DNA of 64,000 nt from a virus (IMGVR_UViG_3300017903_002946:1-64000), one strand, 5' to 3'; positions 39,431 through 47,040 are shown, numbered from the stretch's first letter. Translations and numbers: made by a program. Notes: generated by a model not told the origin, from the letters alone.

Positions 39431-39545
39431 GGGTAATTACAGGCAGGAAGAAGAACGACGTCACTGCCTACCCGATCGGGTTACAGGCATTTTTGTCGTT
39501 TCTGTCTGTGTAATTGAAAAGGCTGCCTCGTGGTGGCCTTTCCCC
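39431..39545 (+). ncRNA. Candidate structured RNA upstream of tRNA-Leu
   Basis: Nested pairings AATTAC/GTAATT, AGGCAG/CTGTCT, AACGAC/GTCGTT, TGCCT/AGGCA, ACCC/GGGT plus a second AAAGGC/GCCTTT hairpin. Confidence 0.45.
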
Positions 39546-39550
39546 CAAAT

Positions 39551-39634
39551 GCCTAGGTGGCGGAATAGGTAGACGCATCGGACTTAAAATCCGCTGACAT
39601 TTATGTCGTGCGAGTTCAAGTCTCGCTCTAGGTA
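39551..39634 (+). tRNA. trnL: tRNA-Leu(TAA)
   Basis: Acceptor GCCTAGG/TCTAGGT, loop CTTAAAA, long variable arm GACAT/ATGTC, T-loop TTCAAGT; CCA not encoded. Confidence 0.93.
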
Positions 39635-39673
39635 TTATTTAGTTAAAGTAATTATGTTGAAAGAAATATATAT

Positions 39674-39964
39674 GTGCCGTACAAAAATCCGTGCAAACGT
39701 AAACAAGCACGTAAAAAACATCGTCAACATATTAAAGATGAAATAAACAAACGCCTTACTCCATGTGCACACTGCGGCGCTTTTGATGTAGCTTTTATGG
39801 ATTGGCACCATACAGATCCATCTACTAAAGTAGCCTCAGTTAATAGGTTAAAACGTGATTCAACACTTGAAGCAGCATTAGCTGAATTAGAAAAGTGTAT
39901 ATGTCTTTGTTCTAATTGCCATCGTAAACTTCACTATTACGAGCAATCAAACAAGGTTCCGTAG
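39674..39964 (+). mobile_element. HNH endonuclease in the tRNA cluster
   Basis: CAHCG...DWHHTDP...CICLCSNCHRKLH; its stop codon lies inside tRNA-Arg. Confidence 0.85.
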
Positions 39965-40028
39965 CTCAGTTGGATAGAGCATCGCTCTTCTAAAGCGTCG
40001 GTCGTTGGTTCGAATCCAACCGGAATCG
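39955..40028 (+). tRNA. trnR: tRNA-Arg(TCT)
   Basis: Acceptor GGTTCCG/CGGAATC, D arm TAGCTCAGTTGGATAGAGC, loop CTTCTAA, T-loop TTCGAAT. Confidence 0.93.
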
Positions 40029-40030
40029 TT

Positions 40031-40103
40031 GCTTCGTTAGCAATCTGGTGAATGCAGCAAACTCATAATTTGCCTAAGGCTGGTTCAATCCCAGCACGAA
40101 GCA
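40031..40103 (+). tRNA. tRNA with CAT anticodon (elongator Met or Ile2)
   Basis: Acceptor GCTTCGT/ACGAAGC, anticodon arm GCAAA-CTCATAA-TTTGC; lacks initiator features. Confidence 0.88.
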
Positions 40104-40149
40104 TATGTATGTTCTATGTACAATTGATAAAGAATCAATTTATCAATAA

Positions 40150-40734
40150 ATGTCTTATCATCAATCTGATCACTATAACCCACGTTTTGGTTTTGGTAGA
40201 CTTGGACGTGTAAATAAAGATGATTTTAGTATTGACGGAAAATCTTGGGAATATCGAAATCCTACAAACTATAATGATGATGATGACGGATGGTCTAACT
40301 ATAACTACAAATACAATAACAATGCCAGTGCAGTAACAAATCCTTTATACGACTATGATTATGGAACTGTTCGAGATGCTGCAAAAAAACTTGGCATTGG
40401 CAACGTTGATGAAAAAGCAGAAGTAGATCAATTACTAAAATATATTCAAGAAGGACCTGAAAAAGAGACCAAAGTTAAACAATCTAAAAAAGATAAAAAT
40501 AAGCCAAAAGCGCAAGAATTTAAAGACGAATACGTAGATAAAATAATTAAAGAAACTAAACCTGAATTAAGCCAAACTGTTGGTGACGTGACAGGTGGAG
40601 ATAACAGTATTGTTTCTCCTATAAATCAAGCAAATCCTATTTCAATTAAAGGAGATAGCAATACTGTCTCACAAGATAGCTCTATTAAGCAAATGATGGA
40701 CAATTTGACGCAATCCTTACGGTTAGCTTATTAA
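40150..40734 (+). CDS. Late-type hypothetical protein, paralogue of 18398-19345
   Basis: GDVTGGDNSIVSPINQANPISIKGDSNTVSQDSSI; TACAAT box at 40119-40124. Confidence 0.6.
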   Translation: MSYHQSDHYNPRFGFGRLGRVNKDDFSIDGKSWEYRNPTNYNDDDDGWSNYNYKYNNNASAVTNPLYDYDYGTVRDAAKKLGIGNVDEKAEVDQLLKYIQEGPEKETKVKQSKKDKNKPKAQEFKDEYVDKIIKETKPELSQTVGDVTGGDNSIVSPINQANPISIKGDSNTVSQDSSIKQMMDNLTQSLRLAY

Positions 40735-40740
40735 AAAGTT

Positions 40741-40882
40741 ACGATAAGCTACGATAAGCTACGCTAACTACGCTAGCTTCTATATACTGTTTTTAAAAAT
40801 AAGAGAAGAGAATAATGAGCAGTTCTAATAAAAAAAGACATATATAAAGAACTACTGTAGTTTGCGTAGTTTTTTGTAGCTT
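40741..40882. repeat. Copy 2 of the ~120-bp dispersed repeat, with extra ACGATAAGCT tandem units
   Basis: Same orientation as 31620-31740; 19-nt exact match plus aligned spacer and GCGTAG right arm. Confidence 0.85.
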
Positions 40883-41058
40883 TTAATGTACCCCAATAAT
40901 TGTTGAAAGCCAGTAAATACAGGCATATTCGAGCAAAAAACCGCTTGTAAAACTTGCTACCCGTAAAACAGTAAAACTGTAGATCCACAAAACTATATGA
41001 CCACAAGTAGCAAGACGTAAACCACTGGTATTATTTATCACCATCTTACAGCGGTCAC

Positions 41059-41199
41059 ATGAAACGAGTAACAGTTGTGTTTCCGCCTGATCTACACAAG
41101 CTTCTCAAGCTCAAGAGTGTCAACGAAGATAGAACAATGAACGACCTCATACTTACAGCTGTACGTAAGTACATCAGTAAATCTAGTTCAGATATATAA
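41059..41199 (+). CDS. Ribbon-helix-helix (ParG/CopG-like) DNA-binding protein
   Basis: MKRVTVVFPPDLHKLLKLKSVNEDRTMNDLILTAVRKYIS (46 aa; below the ORF-track cutoff). Confidence 0.8.
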   Translation: MKRVTVVFPPDLHKLLKLKSVNEDRTMNDLILTAVRKYISKSSSDI

Positions 41200-41240
41200 A
41201 TATTCCTGCTGAGTTGAACTAGGCGAAATAGGTTTGATGG

Positions 41241-41259
41241 GCCGCTTACCAGCGGCTTT
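41241..41259 (+). repeat. TANC-loop hairpin upstream of DUF932 gene
   Basis: GCCGCT-TACC-AGCGGC-TTT. Confidence 0.8.
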
Positions 41260-41289
41260 CACAACGAGTGTCCAATATATGCATTCAAA

Positions 41290-42231
41290 ATGCCCGCAAA
41301 TTTCACATCTGGCTGGCTCGGCAACGGCGAACGTGCTTGGCACGGAATGGGTGTCGTCACTGACGGAACCTTGCCAGCGCGAGAAGCGTTTGAAACAGCA
41401 GACGCACTCTTTACTGTCGAGAAGCGACCACTTTTCTACAACTGCGCAGACGAAGCAGACGGAGTACTTGAATCGGACGCATTTGCTGTCGTCCGTACCG
41501 ATTCCGAACGCTTGCTCGGTGTTGTCTCCCGTCAATACGAGATCGTGCAGAACGATTCGCTCCTTCGGATGGCCGAGTTCATCCGAGAAGAGGTTGACAT
41601 GGACTGCGTCATCGTTTTATCGGATGGTGCCAAGGTCTGTTTTACCGCCACACTCCGTGGTGCGGCGACGGACATCGTCCCTGGTGACACAGTAAAGCGT
41701 CGCATTGTTGGCTACCTCGGTCACGACGGCAAGACTGGCTGTGGCGCTAAGTTCACCAACATCCGTGTTGTCTGTCAAAACACACTGACTGCAGCACTCG
41801 GTGAATCTGGTGCACACAGCAGCATCACTCACAAGAACGGTGCTAACAACAACTTCGATGCTCTTATCAATAGCATTGATGTAGCACGTCAGGACTTTGT
41901 TACTGAGTGTGAGCTGATGCGTGAGTTCTCGCAGTTTGCTATTACTAGCGCTCAGTTCAATGACTTTGTTGACCAGGTCTACAATATTGATGAAGGTCAA
42001 GTGTTCCGTAAGCGTGACAAAATCACTGCTGCTATGAACCGTGGCTATGGGGTTGAGTACAACCCTGGCACTCTGTGGACTGCAGTTAATGCAATCACAC
42101 AGATCGAGACAAGCACTCGTGGCACTACTGCTGCTAAGGGTCGTGCTCAGTTTGCACGTGGCACCTTCGGTGTCGGCGCTCAAATCAGCAAGAAAGCATT
42201 TGCTGTTGCACGTGAATTAGTATCTGCATAA
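41290..42231 (+). CDS. DUF932 family phage/plasmid-like protein
   Basis: AWHGMG, LGVVSRQYEIVQN, GHDGKTG...TNIRVVCQNTL, GTLWTAVNAIT motifs; host-like codon bias. Confidence 0.85.
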   Translation: MPANFTSGWLGNGERAWHGMGVVTDGTLPAREAFETADALFTVEKRPLFYNCADEADGVLESDAFAVVRTDSERLLGVVSRQYEIVQNDSLLRMAEFIREEVDMDCVIVLSDGAKVCFTATLRGAATDIVPGDTVKRRIVGYLGHDGKTGCGAKFTNIRVVCQNTLTAALGESGAHSSITHKNGANNNFDALINSIDVARQDFVTECELMREFSQFAITSAQFNDFVDQVYNIDEGQVFRKRDKITAAMNRGYGVEYNPGTLWTAVNAITQIETSTRGTTAAKGRAQFARGTFGVGAQISKKAFAVARELVSA

Positions 42232-42350
42232 TGACTTGTAAAGAAGCGTTGAATGCTCGTTATAGCGTTCGAGGTACAAAATCAAATGGTATTAGCGAGT
42301 ATGCGGTTTCATTGAATTTCTTTGAAGCACAACGCTTCTTTAATTCATTA
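42229..42350 (+). ncRNA. Candidate structured RNA / large intergenic stem-loop
   Basis: Perfect 12-bp inverted repeat 42240-42251/42330-42341 enclosing a 10-bp helix with G-U pairs (42253-42262/42293-42302). Confidence 0.4.
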
Positions 42351-42432
42351 GTTAGGCGTGGATTTAAAGCTATTGCTACTCCTCACTAATTATTACTTTT
42401 GTTATACATTAGTAACTGTTAATTATGAATAA

Positions 42433-42774
42433 ATGCTTAAGCGTATTATTAGCAGTGTCTTTATTGCTGCTGCCTGTTTCAACACAAGCGCATCCAGTGC
42501 AGGAACAATGTTGGCTTCCTGGTATGGTCCGTATTTCCACGGAAGGCTCACAGCCAACGGCGAAATTTACAATATGTACGGAATTACCGCCGCACATAAG
42601 ACCTTACCTTTCGGTACAAAATTACGTGTTTGCTACCAAGGATGCGTGGATGTACGTATCAATGATCGCGGCCCTTACATTGGGCAGCGTGAGCTTGATT
42701 TATCTTACGGGGCAGCAAAAGCCATCGGCTTGATTGAGCCTGGTGTAGCAACTGTCGAGATTACATATATTTAA
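42433..42774 (+). CDS. rlpA: RlpA-family lytic transglycosylase (DPBB) with signal peptide
   Basis: ASWYG...HGRLTANGE...TAAHKTLPFGT...VRINDRGPY...LDLSYGAAKAIG. Confidence 0.92.
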   Translation: MLKRIISSVFIAAACFNTSASSAGTMLASWYGPYFHGRLTANGEIYNMYGITAAHKTLPFGTKLRVCYQGCVDVRINDRGPYIGQRELDLSYGAAKAIGLIEPGVATVEITYI

Positions 42775-42869
42775 TAACCAGGGCACACAATTGTGTTAAG
42801 TCCCTGATATATTAAGAACAAGTTAGGAGTAAACCTAACGCTCCTAACTGTTGTTACTAGGAGATTGAA

Positions 42870-43022
42870 ATGAGTAAAACTATTCGAAACGAAAAGACGC
42901 GTGGCTATCTTGATAAGTTGCAAAAGCAACGCGAAACACGCAAGCAAATTCGTGACCTTAAATCATTTGATTGGTTGGCTGATATTTTTCCTGACGAACA
43001 GCTGATTACAGCTGAAATTTGA
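42870..43022 (+). CDS. Small hypothetical protein (50 aa)
   Basis: AGGAG ribosome site; MSKTIRNEKTRGYLDKLQKQRETRKQIRDLK... Confidence 0.55.
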   Translation: MSKTIRNEKTRGYLDKLQKQRETRKQIRDLKSFDWLADIFPDEQLITAEI

Positions 43023-43118
43023 GCAAATATACCCTGCCTTTGTCAGGGTTTTCTAATTTACAATACTTAATGTAGGCTTAACCGCCGAGTAATAACCCGA
43101 AACATCGTCTTTTTTAAA

Positions 43119-44204
43119 ATGGCAACTAGCATCATTTCGGGTGCCCAGTCCCGCAAAACAAACTGGGAATATTTTTGTGAATGGGTCACTAGTACAAACA
43201 ATCGCCTCTATGTAGGTTGGTTTGGCGTACTAATGATTCCTACTCTTCTCGCAGCAACTATTTGTTTTATTACTGCGTTTGTAGCAGCACCACCTGTCGA
43301 TATTGATGGAATTCGTGAACCTGTAGCTGGATCTCTGCTTTATGGAAACAACATTATCTCCGGTGCCGTTGTACCATCCAGCAATGCAATCGGCTTACAC
43401 TTTTATCCGATCTGGGAAGCAGCAACACTCGACGAGTGGCTGTATAACGGGGGACCTTTCCAACTCACGGTCTTTCACTTCCTTATCGGTATCTACGCTT
43501 ACTTGGGACGAGAGTGGGAACTTAGTTACCGACTAGGAATGCGTCCTTGGATTTTCGTAGCATACAGCGCACCTGTTGCTGCAGCTTCTGCTGTTTTTCT
43601 TGTATATCCATTTGGCCAAGGATCTTTCTCTGATGCAATGCCCCTCGGCATCTCCGGAACATTCAACTATATGTTTGTCTTCCAGGCTGAACACAATATC
43701 CTCATGCATCCCTTCCATATGCTCGGCGTTGCTGGGGTATTTGGTGGCAGTTTGTTTAGTGCTATGCACGGAAGTCTGGTTACTTCTTCTCTTATTAGAG
43801 AAACGACTGAAGAAGTGAGCCAAAACTATGGCTATAAGTTTGGCCAAGAGGAAGAGACCTACAACATCGTGGCTGCCCATGGTTACTTTGGTCGCTTGAT
43901 CTTCCAATACGCCTCCTTCAACAACAGCCGTAGCCTCCACTTCTTCTTGGCTGCCTGGCCTGTTATTGGCATTTGGTTTACCGCCTTGGGAGTGTCAACC
44001 ATGGCCTTTAACTTGAACGGTTTCAACTTTAATCAGTCTATTCAATCATCTAAAGGACATGTTATTGATACATGGGCTGATATTTTGAATCGTGCAAGCC
44101 TTGGCATGGAAGTAATGCATGAGCGAAATGCTCATAACTTCCCTCTTGATCTTGCTACTGCAGATATTACTCCTGTTGCGCTAATTGCACCATCTATTGG
44201 TTAA
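43119..44204 (+). CDS. psbA: Photosystem II reaction centre protein D1
   Basis: [20 protein letters not shown] ... [13 protein letters not shown]; intronless; REWE (Glu130) type. Confidence 0.99.
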   Translation: MATSIISGAQSRKTNWEYFCEWVTSTNNRLYVGWFGVLMIPTLLAATICFITAFVAAPPVDIDGIREPVAGSLLYGNNIISGAVVPSSNAIGLHFYPIWEAATLDEWLYNGGPFQLTVFHFLIGIYAYLGREWELSYRLGMRPWIFVAYSAPVAAASAVFLVYPFGQGSFSDAMPLGISGTFNYMFVFQAEHNILMHPFHMLGVAGVFGGSLFSAMHGSLVTSSLIRETTEEVSQNYGYKFGQEEETYNIVAAHGYFGRLIFQYASFNNSRSLHFFLAAWPVIGIWFTALGVSTMAFNLNGFNFNQSIQSSKGHVIDTWADILNRASLGMEVMHERNAHNFPLDLATADITPVALIAPSIG

Positions 44205-44209
44205 TCATA

Positions 44210-44449
44210 ATGATTAAATTATTTATTGCCTCGCTTTCCTGCGGGGCTTTTTTATTAACATCCTGCACTTTTACATTAAATTCTAATGAGCTTATTACCA
44301 GTTGCATCGCTGGGTTTGTTGAGACTTCGTCAGGTAAGGGTACGCTTGATTTCTTCACGTTCACTAAATTCTCGCCTAAGATTCATAGTCTTGAAAACGT
44401 TAGCATCAAAACAGCAAAAACAATTACTAAACAAATAGGTGTTTGTTAA
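44210..44449 (+). CDS. Possible small lipoprotein
   Basis: MIK + hydrophobic stretch + LTSC lipobox-like motif; overlaps the psbA terminator, so uncertain. Confidence 0.35.
   Translation: MIKLFIASLSCGAFLLTSCTFTLNSNELITSCIAGFVETSSGKGTLDFFTFTKFSPKIHSLENVSIKTAKTITKQIGVC
44228..44253 (+). terminator. Probable terminator after psbA
   Basis: GCCTCGC-TTTCCT-GCGGGGC-TTTTTT. Confidence 0.7.
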
Positions 44450-44587
44450 TGAATGAGCTAAATAGAGAGCAACTTAGAGATTTGATGCATGCTGTAAGAC
44501 ATTATCAATATCACCACATAAGCATTAATAATCCTCGTTATGACGAGTTTTCACATATATTAAATGTATTAGAACAAAATTTACCTA

Positions 44588-45241
44588 ATGAAGATATTTC
44601 TAGACACAGCAAACACTTCAACAGTGAAGAGATTGTTTTCGACAGGTCTGATAGACGGAGTTACAACGAATCCATCATTGATCCGGAAATCTGGAGCTAA
44701 TCCACTTGATGTGTATGCTGAAATGCAATCTTTTGGAGTACCTGATATTAGTATGGAAGTTTCTGGTACTGCAGATGAAATGTATGATGAAGCTCAAAGT
44801 TTATCTAGTCAATTTGGGGATGTAGCGACGATTAAACTTCCAATGACAGTTGATGGGTTAAATGTTACTCGTCAATTAAGCCAACAAAATATTCGCACTA
44901 ATGTTACTTTAGTTTTTACTATTCCTCAAGCAATTCTTGCGGCAAAAGCAGGTGCTACGTATGTATCTCCTTTTGTTGGACGTTTAGATGATCAACAAAT
45001 TGCAGGCCTTGAAGTTGTTCGAGGTATTGCAAGTCTTTATCAAATGAAAAACGTTCGCACTAAAGTATTAGCAGCATCTATTCGAGATGTACATCGTGCT
45101 GTACGTTCTTTTTACAATGGAGCTGATGTAGTTACTATGCCTCCAACTGTATTTGAAAGAATGTCAGATCATATTCTTACTGATGCAGGATTAGAAATTT
45201 TTAATGCAGATATTGCCGCAATAGCTCAAAATAATCACTAA
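44588..45241 (+). CDS. talC: Transaldolase (TalC/FSA family)
   Basis: MKIFLDTAN, DGVTTNPSLI, Schiff-base Lys in IKLPMT, TNVTLVF, YVSPFVGRLDD, LAASIR. Confidence 0.97.
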   Translation: MKIFLDTANTSTVKRLFSTGLIDGVTTNPSLIRKSGANPLDVYAEMQSFGVPDISMEVSGTADEMYDEAQSLSSQFGDVATIKLPMTVDGLNVTRQLSQQNIRTNVTLVFTIPQAILAAKAGATYVSPFVGRLDDQQIAGLEVVRGIASLYQMKNVRTKVLAASIRDVHRAVRSFYNGADVVTMPPTVFERMSDHILTDAGLEIFNADIAAIAQNNH

Positions 45242-45266
45242 ACTTAATAAAGTTATTATATTTACT

Positions 45267-45458
45267 ATGACTGTTACTAATGAAGATGGCGGACGCCAAA
45301 ACGTATTCGCTAAAGAACCAAAAATGAATGTGATGGATGTCACTGTTACGCATAACGAAAAAGCAGAAATGTTAAATGGAAGGCTCGCAATGCTTGGCAT
45401 TATTGCTGCCCTTGGTGCTTACGCAACTACTGGACAAGTCATCCCCGGTATTTTTTAA
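45267..45458 (+). CDS. hli: High-light inducible protein
   Basis: AEMLNGRLAMLGIIAALGAYATTGQVIPGIF chlorophyll-binding motif. Confidence 0.95.
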   Translation: MTVTNEDGGRQNVFAKEPKMNVMDVTVTHNEKAEMLNGRLAMLGIIAALGAYATTGQVIPGIF

Positions 45459-45573
45459 TTGGAGTAATGGATTTTATTCAGGACCTTCAATAATGATTAA
45501 AGTTGCAAAATGGTAATACTCAACTAAAGAGTTATATAGTTATGATTAAAGCAACGTTATTCGATACTAAATT

Positions 45574-45726
45574 ATGTCTTTAGGAGATGAAGCTGCAGCT
45601 GCCTCAACACGATATACTCGTCGCCCTATTGTAGGCAATTCACCAGCAAAAGTAGAAGAAACTCCAGTTGTAGAAGAAACTGTAGTAGAAACTCCTGTTG
45701 AAACTGCTAATACTGACCAACAATAA
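45574..45726 (+). CDS. Small acidic low-complexity protein (50 aa)
   Basis: VEETPVVEETVVETPVET repeats. Confidence 0.45.
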   Translation: MSLGDEAAAASTRYTRRPIVGNSPAKVEETPVVEETVVETPVETANTDQQ

Positions 45727-45774
45727 ATACCACAAACATTGTTAAACTAAAGACATATTTGCATTTAATCAACT

Positions 45775-46578
45775 ATGTCTGCTGCCGAAGAAAACACTCG
45801 TAAAAGTGGTAGCCGAATGGCTGCTAAACGAGGCACACGAATTAACAATACTAATAAAGTAGATTTTAGCGGCGCTAAAATTGGTGCTTTTAATTCGGGC
45901 AACAGTACATCTACTTCTAAATCTACTTCTAATTCCTCTGCTGGAATGAGCAGTAGCAGTTCTAGTAAACCAGGTAAAAAACCATTTACACAGCCAGGTA
46001 GTTCTAGTAAAAATCAAAAAAAAGCAGATCGTGAAAAACGCGCCGAAAAGCGCATGATGCGAATCAAATCTTTGCGTATGCAAAGAAGGAAAGCAAGGCA
46101 AAGCGGTGATAAAAAGCTTGCTAAGAAACTTTCTATGCGAATTATGAGAATTCGTAGAATGTCTTCACAACAGGCTCAAAGACGCATGATGCGAATCAAA
46201 TCTTTGCGTAATCAAAGAAAGGCAGCAAAGCAAAGCGGTAATACAAAGCTTGCTAAGAAACTTTCTATGCGAATTATGAGAATTCGTAGAAAGTCTTCGC
46301 AACAGACTAAAAAGCGCACTAATAATAGACTTACTAAGCGAATTATGAGAATTCGTAGAAAGTCTTCACAACGGGCTCAAAGACGCATGATGCGAATCAA
46401 ATCTTTGCGTAATCAAAGAAAGGCAGCAAAGCAAAGCGGTAATAAAAAGCTTGTTATGAAACTTTCTATGCGAATTATGAGAATTCGTAGAAAGTCTTCA
46501 CAACAGGCTCAAAGACGCATGATGCGAATCAAATCTTTGCGTAATCGAAAAAAAAAACTAAAGAGCGCAAGAAAGTAA
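45775..46578 (+). CDS. Very basic Arg/Lys/Met repeat protein, N-terminal part (protamine/histone-H1-like composition)
   Basis: 44-aa unit RRMMRIKSLRNQRKAAKQSGNKKLAKKLSMRIMRIRRKSSQQAQ, three full copies plus partials; TAAACT box at 45743-45748. Confidence 0.7.
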   Translation: MSAAEENTRKSGSRMAAKRGTRINNTNKVDFSGAKIGAFNSGNSTSTSKSTSNSSAGMSSSSSSKPGKKPFTQPGSSSKNQKKADREKRAEKRMMRIKSLRMQRRKARQSGDKKLAKKLSMRIMRIRRMSSQQAQRRMMRIKSLRNQRKAAKQSGNTKLAKKLSMRIMRIRRKSSQQTKKRTNNRLTKRIMRIRRKSSQRAQRRMMRIKSLRNQRKAAKQSGNKKLVMKLSMRIMRIRRKSSQQAQRRMMRIKSLRNRKKKLKSARK

Positions 46579-46913
46579 TCAGCTCTTTGCGTAATCAAAG
46601 AAAGAAAGCAAGGCAAACCGGTAATAAAAAGCTTGCTAAGAAGCTTTCTATGCGAATTATGAAAGTTCGTATGAAGGATAGACCACGTCCGATGAGATCT
46701 ATTCGTCAGGTTATGAGAGCTAAGCGTCAAGCTATGAGAGCTATTCGTCAGGCTATGAAGCTTAGGCGTCGAGCTATGAGGCTTAGGCGTCAGGCTATGG
46801 GATCTACGCCTCGGGTTATGAGAGCTATTCGTCAAGCTATCAGAGCTAAGCGTCGAGCTATAAGAGCTAAGCGTCGGGCTATGAGACTTCGACGTCGGGC
46901 TATGAGACGCTAG
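46545..46913 (+). CDS. Very basic repeat protein, C-terminal part in the -1 frame
   Basis: Frame open from 46545; continues the 44-aa unit, then ~10 heptads such as MRAIRQA / MRLRRRA (21-nt repeats). Confidence 0.6.
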   Translation, partial: SKKKTKERKKVISSLRNQRKKARQTGNKKLAKKLSMRIMKVRMKDRPRPMRSIRQVMRAKRQAMRAIRQAMKLRRRAMRLRRQAMGSTPRVMRAIRQAIRAKRRAIRAKRRAMRLRRRAMRR

Positions 46914-46974
46914 AAGTAGAGTTAACCGTAAAAAAAGAAAGTAAACTTTCTTAAGTGTCACTAATAAACTAACC

Positions 46975-46996
46975 ATAGCCGCCAAAAGGCGGCTAT
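46975..46996. terminator. Probable terminator after the basic protein
   Basis: ATAGCCGCC-AAAA-GGCGGCTAT. Confidence 0.65.
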
Positions 46997-47040
46997 ATTT
47001 ATGTCATGGGTTAATCGCCCATGTTTTAAATTTGCAACGA

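Noticed and set aside
39426-39545. A fourth tRNA or tmRNA/SRP RNA before tRNA-Leu
   Set aside because: No cloverleaf, T-loop, tag ORF or SRP GGAA-loop domain; kept only as an unclassified structured-RNA candidate
9868-40895. Recurrent TA(T)ACCCCAA-like word at 9868 (minus), 11843, 31835 and 40888
   Set aside because: Short, variable and not at a consistent distance from starts; could be chance
43060-43118. Possible PhotoRC-type RNA motif in the psbA leader
   Set aside because: Only short fragments (ACCGCC, AACCCGAAAC) resemble it and the leader is short; cannot be supported without an Infernal search
46690-46910. Regular 21-nt repeats that could be mistaken for a CRISPR array
   Set aside because: No unique spacers; the units are in-frame heptad codons of the basic protein, and no cas operon is present (the PD-(D/E)XK gene sits in the replication cluster)
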